Shown: piece after piece, positions 30,378-40,200 of the stretch
How positions within the stretch are numbered: position 1 is the first letter of the stretch
Layout: each line of letters opens with the position of its first letter
Virus record (IMG/VR): IMGVR_UViG_3300026077_000001
Source: a virus
Taxonomy: Duplodnaviria > Caudoviricetes
Length of the DNA: 64,000 bases
Reading direction: 5' to 3' (one strand)
Translations under genes and position numbers: made by a program
The notes under the pieces: generated by a model
Database searches by the model: none
The model's input: only the letters and a program-made list of their open reading frames with translations
Told to the model about the DNA's origin: nothing

Positions 30378-32122
30378 TGGCAGCAAACGGTAGTTACAAT
30401 CCAAGCAATGATGTACTCACAGTAACGGGAGATGGTTTACCCAATCCCGTTGCTAAGGGTACGTTCCCTAATGCAAACAATTCTAATGATGTTGAGTCTT
30501 ATACTTTTAGTCACGCTTTTACATATAGAGGTGGTACTAACACTCAAGCAGGTGGTAGTTTACCACTAGGTGTTGTTGGAATAAGTGCTAATGGAGTTGT
30601 TTTAAATAATCCATCTGCAGGTACTCTTGGTAGTCCTCCAACTGGATTTAATTGGGTGGCTACTGATGCTTTTGGTATGTACAATCCTGGTGATGATGCT
30701 GCTGGTGGTCGTCCTAATGCTAATGATCAATATCATTATATTGACGGTGAGTTTATAGGTGCTTGGAAAACCAATCAGGTGATGGGTTCTTATAATGATT
30801 ACTATGGATTAAGTCAGTATGTTGGTGACAATATGCGTCACCCTGACGGACACTCTAAGATCTTGGGTCTTGCATTTGATGGTTATCCTGTTTATGGTCC
30901 TTATGGATATAATTTACCACAGGACAATACTTCTCCAGTAGTTTTAATGGAGACGGGATATCAGATGAAAGAATCTATTGCTGTTAATAGACCTGCATAT
31001 GGTACTACAACAGCAAATCCTCCTAAAGGTGCATTAATGGAGGATTATGAATATAATGTAGATAAGGTTGGAAGGCATCTAGATGTTTATAATGGTCGCT
31101 ATTGTTATACTCCTGAGTATCCCAATGGTACTTTTGCTTACTTCATAACACTATGGAATGATGAAACTGAAAGTAAAGAATATACTGTAACAGTTACAAG
31201 TGAGAATGATGGTAATAAGTATCGTCTTGATGGAGTCTTGTATCCAAATTTAACATTTATTCAAGGAAGTACTTATAGGTTTATACAATCAGATCCATCT
31301 AATTTATCACATCCTATTAAATTCTCAACAACAGAGAATGGTATACACGGTGGTGGAGTTGAATATACAAGTGGTGTAACATCTGTTGGTACTGCAGGTG
31401 AGTCTGGTGCATATACAGAGATCACTGTACCTTCTGATGCACCTAATTTATATTATTATTGCCTCAATCATTCGGGAATGTCTAGTGGTGGAGGTGCTAT
31501 TACGGTAGTACCTAATCGTTATATGACACCAAAGTTCCCTTATATATTTGGTCTTTCTTCTAAAGAAACTCTAAATATACCAGCAAATCAAGGTATTGGT
31601 CAGGAATCATCAGGTGGTGGAGAAAGTGGAGGTGGAGAGACCCAAACTACTCCTAGTATTATTATTACTAATCAGCCTACCAATGCAACGATTGCTGATG
31701 GTGGTACTCAAAACTTTAGTTTGATTGCTGTTATAGAACCTGAAGATGGTACTAAAGGATATCAATGGCAAGTATCTACTGATGGTGGATTTGCTTGGGC
31801 AAATATAACTGGTGCTAATAGTACATCCTATTCACTTGTAGCAGCAGCCTTTATGACTGGCTATAGGTATAGATGTATTGTTACTGGACCTCTAGGTGAA
31901 TCACAGCAAGCGTCTAACTCTCCTCTTGCATCTAACCTTGTTATACTCACAGTCACTGGTGGTACTAGTGGCGAAGACACTTCATCGGTTTTGAAGTGGG
32001 ACAGTAGTGTCGGTAAATTTGATATGACATCCATACCACTTGATAGGGATAATGCAAACCCAGACTTTACTAGAAATAATGTACGTTTTGATCTAACTAA
32101 TTATGAATTTGACCTTACATAA
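30377..32122 (+). CDS. Structural protein with YHYH-like, cupredoxin-like and Ig-like domains
   Basis: QYHY and HSKILGLAFDGYPVYGPYGY (YHYH family); SHP...YYYCLNHSGM; IIITNQP..YQWQVS (Ig). Start overlaps the giant-gene stop. Confidence 0.75.
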   Translation: MAANGSYNPSNDVLTVTGDGLPNPVAKGTFPNANNSNDVESYTFSHAFTYRGGTNTQAGGSLPLGVVGISANGVVLNNPSAGTLGSPPTGFNWVATDAFGMYNPGDDAAGGRPNANDQYHYIDGEFIGAWKTNQVMGSYNDYYGLSQYVGDNMRHPDGHSKILGLAFDGYPVYGPYGYNLPQDNTSPVVLMETGYQMKESIAVNRPAYGTTTANPPKGALMEDYEYNVDKVGRHLDVYNGRYCYTPEYPNGTFAYFITLWNDETESKEYTVTVTSENDGNKYRLDGVLYPNLTFIQGSTYRFIQSDPSNLSHPIKFSTTENGIHGGGVEYTSGVTSVGTAGESGAYTEITVPSDAPNLYYYCLNHSGMSSGGGAITVVPNRYMTPKFPYIFGLSSKETLNIPANQGIGQESSGGGESGGGETQTTPSIIITNQPTNATIADGGTQNFSLIAVIEPEDGTKGYQWQVSTDGGFAWANITGANSTSYSLVAAAFMTGYRYRCIVTGPLGESQQASNSPLASNLVILTVTGGTSGEDTSSVLKWDSSVGKFDMTSIPLDRDNANPDFTRNNVRFDLTNYEFDLT

Positions 32123-32125
32123 ATA
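32119..32125 (+). promoter_or_regulatory. Late promoter motif (ATAAATA)
   Basis: Overlaps the stop codon; 25 nt before the ATG at 32150. Confidence 0.65.
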
Positions 32126-32149
32126 AAACTGTAGAATAACCCCCCTACT

Positions 32150-33811
32150 ATGGCTAAGCAGAACCTTAATATTGGCGTAAGTGCCAATGACGGAACAGGT
32201 GATACCTTACGAGACGGTGCTATTAAACTCAATAATGTTATAAACGAGTTATATGCATCCCTTGGAGATAACACCAACCTTCAAATAACAGTTAATTCAC
32301 CCTCAACGAACCAAGTTCTTAAATGGAATGGTAGTACGTTTACGGAGGGACAACTTGCAGCATCGAATCTTACTGACGTGGACGTTAGCGGGGTTACTAA
32401 CGGACAGGTTCTTAAGTGGAATACTGCAAATGCTCGCTGGCAGCCAGGCGACGATCTACAAGGTGGTGGTGGCGGTGGTTCAACTATCAACAATCTATCC
32501 AATAATGGATCAGGTAACGTTGTTATAGATACTCATCTTCTACCTAATACTGATAACGCATTTGATTTGGGTTCTTCTACATTGCGTTTCAGGGATGCTT
32601 ACTTAGTTAACGCTTCACTTTGGTTGGGTGATACTGCACTCTCTACTGAGCCTACTACTCAGGAGATGCAACGTAAGAAGAAACAACCACATACAGTTAA
32701 TAGTATTGACACTGGTGCTACTCGTACCATTGCTTCTAAATTATCTTCAGAAGATTCTACACAAGAAGAGAAGTTTAGATTACGTTTCAATGCTATGAAA
32801 GCTGGAACAAAATTAGAAGTTGAAGATGCAACTGGTGCTAAAGCAGAGGTTGAGTTTACTTCATTCACTGCTGAAGCAGGTGCAGCACGTGGTTACATTC
32901 AAGTAGCTGCTGTTGGTGATAACCAGTCTCAAGAGTTATCTGTTGCAAGTGCTGTTCATATCACTTCAGTCAACCGTCTTCTAAGTGAAGATGAGTCTGG
33001 TAAAGTTGATATTGGTGGACAGAATTTAGACTTTGGTGGTGGTAACAAATTATTCTTTGATGATTCAGGTGTTCTAGAACTTACTGGATCTAAACTACGT
33101 TTCGGTGCTTCTGGATCTAAGAAACTTTTAGAGTTTGATGGTAATGATAATTTAGTACTTGATCAAGATACTGAGATTCAGTTTGGTACTACTCACAAAT
33201 TAGCAATGGATTCATCTGGTAACCTAACAGTTCCTGATGGAGAAATTAGATTTGGTGCATCTGCTAGAAAATTAAAGATCGATTCTGATGGTAACCTTGA
33301 ACTCCCTGCTGATGGTGAGATCAAGATTGGTACTAAGAGAATGAAGATTGGTACTAACGGTACCTTTGATATTGCTAATGATGGTACTAACTTCAGTGAA
33401 GTTGGTGGTGGATTCCAGACTCAGATCGGTAATGCTCCTGCTGGTGCATCTATCATTAAGGGTCACGATAATGCAACGATCTATAAGCCATCTCCAACAT
33501 TGCTTTATAAGTTCACTGCATCTGGAATGAGTGCTTATACACTCAATGGTCCTGGATTAGGATCTAACGTATCTAATGCTGGATTAGTATTCCATAGAGG
33601 ATTCACTTATGACTTGCACAACCAAGCAGGTGGATCACATCCATTAAGATTACAGTCTACTTCTGGACTATCTGGTACAGAGTATACAACTGGTGTTAGT
33701 GGATCCAAAACAGGTATGCAAACTTTCACCGTTCCACTTGATGCACCAAATACCTTATATTATCAGTGCACAGCACACTCCGATATGAACGGAACAATCA
33801 CGGTAAAATGA
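32150..33811 (+). CDS. gp9/gp10-type N-terminal domain protein with C-terminal cupredoxin-like domain
   Basis: N-terminus MAKQNLNIGVSANDGTGDTLRDGAIKLNNVINELY closely parallels the T4 gp10 N-terminus; C-terminus LYYQCTAHSDM. Confidence 0.75.
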   Translation: MAKQNLNIGVSANDGTGDTLRDGAIKLNNVINELYASLGDNTNLQITVNSPSTNQVLKWNGSTFTEGQLAASNLTDVDVSGVTNGQVLKWNTANARWQPGDDLQGGGGGGSTINNLSNNGSGNVVIDTHLLPNTDNAFDLGSSTLRFRDAYLVNASLWLGDTALSTEPTTQEMQRKKKQPHTVNSIDTGATRTIASKLSSEDSTQEEKFRLRFNAMKAGTKLEVEDATGAKAEVEFTSFTAEAGAARGYIQVAAVGDNQSQELSVASAVHITSVNRLLSEDESGKVDIGGQNLDFGGGNKLFFDDSGVLELTGSKLRFGASGSKKLLEFDGNDNLVLDQDTEIQFGTTHKLAMDSSGNLTVPDGEIRFGASARKLKIDSDGNLELPADGEIKIGTKRMKIGTNGTFDIANDGTNFSEVGGGFQTQIGNAPAGASIIKGHDNATIYKPSPTLLYKFTASGMSAYTLNGPGLGSNVSNAGLVFHRGFTYDLHNQAGGSHPLRLQSTSGLSGTEYTTGVSGSKTGMQTFTVPLDAPNTLYYQCTAHSDMNGTITVK

Positions 33812-33814
33812 TAA

Positions 33815-35698
33815 ATGGCAACACGAACTGTCCCAGGATCAGGAGCGAAAATTGAACCACTCTTTAACTCTATTTTTGGCGTTCGAGATGTTTACGTGGT
33901 GGATGGTGGTAACGGCTATAACAGCTCTGATCCACCTCAACTAAAGATCGCAGGATGCGGTACTCCCATTAGGGAGGCTATTCTAGAGCCTGTTATTTCT
34001 ACTGGAGGGCAGATTGCTGCTGTTAAGGTTTTAGATCCTGGTGAAGGGTATGATCCATTTAGAATTGATATAGAAACAACTGGTGATGGACACGGTTCTA
34101 AAGCAAAAGCAATATTGTGGGAAGAAGATCAATATGATATTAATGGTAACTTAGTTGCTCCAGCTGGTTCAATCCAGTATATACAAGTTTTATCTAACGG
34201 AGACGATTACTTCTCTGATGTTACTACTGCTGAGATAAAGGGTGGTGGTGGATCAGGTGCTGAACTACGTCCTGTAACAGGTTTGGTAACTGGTTTGTCA
34301 TTAGAACAGGCTGGTGCCAGTTATGAAATAGGTGATGTTAACCTTATTATTTCTGGTGGCGGTGGACAAGGTGCTACTGGTGTTACTGAGGTTGATGAAT
34401 TTGGTATTGTTAAATCTATTAACATATCAAATCAAGGTGAGTTCTATGAAACTCCACCTGTAATTCTATTGAATGGAGGTGGTGGATCTGGAGGTAAAGC
34501 AGTAGCAACAGTTGATCTTGGTTCTATTACTGATATTTCTGTTACCAATCCTGGTGGTGGTTATTCCACTGATCCTCAAGTTCTATTCACTAGAAACACT
34601 GATCTCACAAAAGAGTCTAGAAATAGACAGTCATTCAACTCGACAATATATGACATAACAGGTCTTCTTCAAGATGTTGATGAAGATGATCAGACTGTAT
34701 ATGTACAAACAACTGCTCCCTATCCAGGCTCAGGTAAGATCTTAGTCGGTAGGGAGGTTATTCGTTATACAGGTAAGACACTTACATCCTTTACTGGTTG
34801 TGACCGTGCACTTAATTTTAGATATGATCAGAAAGTTGTCTTAGATAGTCTTGCAAATACTCCTGACGGTAATTCGGGATATAACTTCAATGTTGGTGAT
34901 AGAGTTGTAAGAACTAATGAAAGTTCAAGTAACAAAGTTGCTCGTGTATATGATTGGATAGCATCTGAGAGAGCACTCTTCCTCGTTTTCGAGGTTGATG
35001 AACTTGCTTTCATTGATGGTGGTACCTCACAAGTTAAATCACAGGTGATTGACTTTACTGGTGGTGTTGCAGCTGCAACTCAAACTGGTGTTGCTCCACA
35101 CAACCTTGTTGATTCAGCTGGAAATGATATTGTTACTTTGACAGATCCATTTAATGAGATACCTGATAAAGCATTCGAAGATATCGCTGAATTAGATGGT
35201 GCAGGTGATGGTATCCCTGACCTAATTAATACAGGTACAGATTTTGAAGGTGAGATAAATCTAGATGGTGGTATTGCATCATCTCTATATGGTATAGAAG
35301 AGACTCTTGGTGGTACTAACACAACTTTGTTTGCAGTTGGTGACCAAATGACTGATGGTTCTGTTCCTCCACTATCTCCTACAGTATCAGTTGCTGGTGA
35401 ATTAGGTGATGGTGATGCTCACGTTGCTACAGTTGAATTTACGTTCCGTAGTCTTGATCAAAGTGCTGCTCAATACTATTCTGTAGGTGAAACTGTAACA
35501 GGATCTATTACAGGTATTACAGCAACAGTAACTGCTTGGGATAGTCAGACCAAGAAACTTACTGTTGGTTCTGTAGTTGAAAATAATGGAAATTCATTAT
35601 GGAATTCAAATGAATTAATCACTGGTTCTAGTACTGGTGCTATAGGAACTACTCTAAGAATTGAGTATCCTTCAGCAGTCAGAAACGAGCCTGATTAA
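33815..35698 (+). CDS. Virion structural protein with GxGY beta repeats
   Basis: Same V.V..GG.GY repeats as in the giant protein; lies in the baseplate cluster. Confidence 0.7.
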   Translation: MATRTVPGSGAKIEPLFNSIFGVRDVYVVDGGNGYNSSDPPQLKIAGCGTPIREAILEPVISTGGQIAAVKVLDPGEGYDPFRIDIETTGDGHGSKAKAILWEEDQYDINGNLVAPAGSIQYIQVLSNGDDYFSDVTTAEIKGGGGSGAELRPVTGLVTGLSLEQAGASYEIGDVNLIISGGGGQGATGVTEVDEFGIVKSINISNQGEFYETPPVILLNGGGGSGGKAVATVDLGSITDISVTNPGGGYSTDPQVLFTRNTDLTKESRNRQSFNSTIYDITGLLQDVDEDDQTVYVQTTAPYPGSGKILVGREVIRYTGKTLTSFTGCDRALNFRYDQKVVLDSLANTPDGNSGYNFNVGDRVVRTNESSSNKVARVYDWIASERALFLVFEVDELAFIDGGTSQVKSQVIDFTGGVAAATQTGVAPHNLVDSAGNDIVTLTDPFNEIPDKAFEDIAELDGAGDGIPDLINTGTDFEGEINLDGGIASSLYGIEETLGGTNTTLFAVGDQMTDGSVPPLSPTVSVAGELGDGDAHVATVEFTFRSLDQSAAQYYSVGETVTGSITGITATVTAWDSQTKKLTVGSVVENNGNSLWNSNELITGSSTGAIGTTLRIEYPSAVRNEPD

Positions 35699-35704
35699 AC
35701 CCAG

Positions 35705-35712
35705 TATAAATA
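35705..35712 (+). promoter_or_regulatory. T4 late promoter consensus TATAAATA
   Basis: Exact consensus, intergenic, 22 nt before gp8. Confidence 0.8.
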
Positions 35713-35733
35713 AAAGGAAGGCACAAGCAGCCA

Positions 35734-37269
35734 ATGGCATTACTAACCGATCAATTTAGGATTTTTACCGCAGAAAAATTCATCAAATCGCTAGAAGGTC
35801 CCGACAAGAACCAGAGCGATATAGCTGCTGGTGCAAATCGTGATCGTCTGTATGTTTTTATTGGAAGACCACAAGAATGGGATAATGAGAATAATCCTCC
35901 AACTCCCGTTGACTCTTTCCAAGAGTTCTCAGATAGTTACGATGATATGATCTCTATGAAGAGAGTCTTAGCAAACGACTCTGTTCAAGTTATACGTCGT
36001 ATCGACTGGATACCCCCAGAACAAACCACTGGTGGTTTGGGTTATGTGTACGATATGTATCGTCACGATTACTCATCCAGTAAGACTGCATCTTCTGGTG
36101 CTACCAAGCTATATGATGCTGACTTCTATGTTGTCAACTCATCGTATCAAGCTTACAAATGTATCTACAATGGTACCTCACCCTCTGACCCTAACGGAAA
36201 ACCTTCAACGGTTGAACCTACTGGAACTAGTACTTCTATTATTACTACCGCCGATGGTTATCGCTGGAAGTATATGTTTACTATCCCCGTCGGACAAGTA
36301 TTGAAGTTCTTCTCAGGCGATTATATGCCTGTGTTGCAAGATACTGCTGTTCAATCTGACGCTGTTGGCGGTGAGATAGATACAGTGGTTATACAATCAT
36401 CTGGTTCTGGTTATAACAATGGAACGTACGAAAATATCCCGATCAAGGGAGATGGCACGGGCGGTAGGATTAGTGTCGTGGTGGACGGTGGTCGCATTGT
36501 TAGTGCTACTGTAACCTCTGGAGGATCTAATTACTCCTTTGGTAAAGTTATCATTGATGAAATCAATGGTATTGGTGCAGGTACTGGTAGTGGTGGTGCT
36601 ATTGACGTTATCATCCCTCCTAAAGGTGGTCACGGATCTAACCCTGCAATCGAACTTGGAGGTTTCCGAGTGATGATTAACACGAAGTTTACCTACGATG
36701 AAGGATCAGGTGACTTCCCAACTGATAATGATTACCGTCGTATTGGATTAGTATTAAATCCAAGTAAGTACGGTACCGAAGAATTGGCAGACGCTATTAC
36801 TTTGTCTGCTGCTAATGCTGTGATTTTCTCTCCAGATTTCACAGGTTCATTTAATACTGATGAAATTATTACACAAACACGTACTATTGGTGGTCAACAG
36901 GTGACTGCTAGAGGACGTGTTGTTTCTTGGAATACAACTACTAAAGTTCTGAAATATTTCCAGAACAGAGTGGATGGTATCTTCCCAGAAATTTCTGGTA
37001 ATAAGACCGTGTTTGATGGAGGTAATACTGTTGTTGGATCTGGATCTGGTACCTCTGCCGACCCAGACATTAACTTCCCAATCGTACCTGGCGAAGCAAC
37101 ACGTGTTATTAACAACACTGAATATGATCTTGGTATGTCATTTACATCTGGTTACGCCAAGCCAGAAGTGAAAAAGGACTCTGGAAAAGTCATCTACATA
37201 GACAATAGGAGAGCAATCTCCCGTGCTGGCGACCAAATTGAGGACATTAAGATCGTAGTAGAGTTCTAA
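35734..37269 (+). CDS. gp8: Baseplate wedge subunit gp8
   Basis: LYVFIGRPQEW..ENNPPTP, VIRRIDW, DGYRWKYMFTI, FRQ-like YRRIGL and C-terminal IYIDNRRAISR..DQIEDIKIVVEF. Confidence 0.9.
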   Translation: MALLTDQFRIFTAEKFIKSLEGPDKNQSDIAAGANRDRLYVFIGRPQEWDNENNPPTPVDSFQEFSDSYDDMISMKRVLANDSVQVIRRIDWIPPEQTTGGLGYVYDMYRHDYSSSKTASSGATKLYDADFYVVNSSYQAYKCIYNGTSPSDPNGKPSTVEPTGTSTSIITTADGYRWKYMFTIPVGQVLKFFSGDYMPVLQDTAVQSDAVGGEIDTVVIQSSGSGYNNGTYENIPIKGDGTGGRISVVVDGGRIVSATVTSGGSNYSFGKVIIDEINGIGAGTGSGGAIDVIIPPKGGHGSNPAIELGGFRVMINTKFTYDEGSGDFPTDNDYRRIGLVLNPSKYGTEELADAITLSAANAVIFSPDFTGSFNTDEIITQTRTIGGQQVTARGRVVSWNTTTKVLKYFQNRVDGIFPEISGNKTVFDGGNTVVGSGSGTSADPDINFPIVPGEATRVINNTEYDLGMSFTSGYAKPEVKKDSGKVIYIDNRRAISRAGDQIEDIKIVVEF

Positions 37270-37273
37270 AACA

Positions 37274-40200
37274 ATGCCACAGAATACCAATCTGAATATA
37301 TCGCCATATTTCGACGATTTCGATAAGGCGAATAACTTTTATAGAGTACTGTTCCGTCCTGGATATCCTATCCAAGCGAGAGAACTTACTACTATGCAAT
37401 CCCTGATGCAGAATCAGGTTGAATCGTTTGGTTCGCATATGTTTAAAGATGGCTCTATGGTCATCCCAGGTCAAATAGGTTATGACCTAGACGCTAAAGC
37501 AGTTATATTACAGGGTTCATTCTTAGGTGCAGACGTTGAACAATATAGAGAACAGTTAGATGGAAAGATTATCAGTGGTTTGACTACTGGTGTTAAGGCA
37601 AAAATTCTATTCTCCATCCCTGCTACTACTTCTGAGCGTGGTTATATTACATTATATGTTAAGTATTTGACTTCTGGTGGTACAGATTCTACAGAATCAA
37701 CCTTTGTTGATAATGAACAGTTGATTTGTGAGTCTGAAATAACTTATGGTAGTTCTTTGATTGAGATTGGAACTCCATTTTCACAGTTACTTCCTACCAA
37801 CTCTACTGCTGTAGGTTCTACTGCATCAATTACACAAGGTGTATATTTCATTCGTGGTTATTTTGTTGACGTTGTTGATCAAACAATCATACTTGATCAA
37901 TATGCAAATTCACCATCTTATAGGGTTGGTCTAGAAATCTTCGAATCTATTGTAACTCCAGAAGATGATCCTGGTCTAAATGACAATGCAACTGGTACTT
38001 CTAACTACTCTGCTCCAGGTGGACACAGATTTAGAATTAGAACTAGTCTTGTTAAGAAAGTTATTGACGATGATACAGATAAGAACTTCATAGAACTATT
38101 AAGAATCAATAATTCTCAGATTGAAACATTTGTAGAGAGAACTGCATATAATGAGATGGCAAGGGAACTTGCTCGTAGAACATTTGATGAGTCTGGTGAC
38201 TATACTGTAAGGGATTTTGATATTCGTATAAGAGAGCATAGAAATGATGGTATAAATGGTGGTGTATATCTACCAGGTCAAACATCTCCTGATGGTATAG
38301 CATCATCTGAAGCTCATTTTGTAACTGAAGTTGGTCCAGGTAAAGCATACGTTAGAGGATATGAGTCTGAAACTCTTGTTCCTACCTATGTTGATCTAGA
38401 AAAATCAAGGAGTACTGTTGCATTACAGAACTCTATTATTCCATTTGAAATTGGTAACTTCTTCTTAGGTAACAATGTTAAGGGTTCACCTATTATTAAT
38501 GGTAATAATATTACTGAGAACTATCAGGTTATTGAGTTTAGGGATATAGCTCCTGCATATAACCTAACTGCATCTGGTAATATCATTGGATATGGTCGTG
38601 TTGCAGCATTTGAGTATCATAATGGTACAACAGTTAATGCTCAAGCTACTATATTTAAGGCGTATGTGTTTGATTTACAACCACTAACTTTGATGAAGTT
38701 TAGTAGCAATGTAACTCTTGCACAAGGACACGTTATTAGAGGACGTAGTTCAAGAGCAAAAGCATTTGTAGAAGCAGATTATAACGGTGTAGATCTTATT
38801 AAGGTGTATCAAGTTTATGGTACTTTCCGTGATGGTGAAGTTATCGAGAGAGATGGTGTAGAAATTGGTACTCTTACTGATTACTATAAGTATGAGATTA
38901 CTGATGCTAAAGGTATAACTGGTAAAGATCCTGATACTAATGCCATCATTTTTGCGATGGACTTATTGCTGGATCAGGAGACAGTTATTTCTGGTACTAA
39001 CTTTAATGTTAATGGTAATCCTGGTGGTACTCTAACAGGTACACAATCTAATTTCACGTTAGATATAAGACCAGGTGATGTTCTTACTGTTAATGGTGTT
39101 GATGAACTTCAAATTACACCTATTAGTATAGTATCAACAAACATTGACAACCAAATAACAAGTGCTACTAGTGCTAACTATGGTGGTAATGCTGGTCCTA
39201 TTTCTAATGCTGACTATGGATTTATAGTTAGACGTAGACCTCAACTTTATAATTCAGAACTTGCTGACCTTATGATTGAGATGCCTAAAGCATCTATCAA
39301 ATCAATCGCTGATGAATCAGCAATCGTTGCACGTACATTTGATGATATAACTGTTACTGGTGCTAATGACTTTACGATCTCATTACCAGCAGACGAACAG
39401 TTCCTTGCATATGATAAGGATCATTATCAATTAGTGTCACTTGCTCCTACAGCAGGTACAGTTATTGATATGGAAGCATCACATTCATTCAACACTACTG
39501 GTACTCCTAGAACTTCTCTAACTGTAACAGGTTTGACTGGTGTAACAACTGCTAGATTAATTACTTCAGTATCTAAAAACCAAGCAGAGAAGAAACTGAA
39601 GAATGCTACTGAAATGGAAGTGATGAAGGTTGAGCGTACTGCCAACTCTTCTGACAATATTAAGTATGGTTTAACTTATGGTTCATTATATGGTACACGT
39701 ATTGAAGACGAAGAGATCTCTCTAGGTTCTACTGATGTATATCACATTCACGCAGTATATGAATCTAACGATGATCAAGCTGCTGTTATTCCTCATTTAA
39801 CTATGCAAGATGCTACCATCTTCAATAATGGTACTATCATTGAGGGACAAACATCTAAGGCAAAGGCACGTGTTGTAGAATTTAACTCTGTCTCATATGT
39901 CTGTCATTTTGTTTATGAGAACGATAATAGGTTCACACTTGGTGAAACTATCAGTGGTTTTGATGCTAACAATAATGTAATAACAGGTCTTGTTAATGAT
40001 GCTGATAACTCTATAAACAATGGTTCACGTAACATTACTGACAATTTCTATCTTGATCCTAATCAGTTAGGTCACTACTATGACATTGGTAAACTAATAA
40101 GATATAGTTCTGCTAATGCACCTCTTCGTAAAGTAAAGATTGTATTCAACAGGTTCACCCACGAAGCAACGGGTGACTACTTTGCTGCACAGTCTTATGT

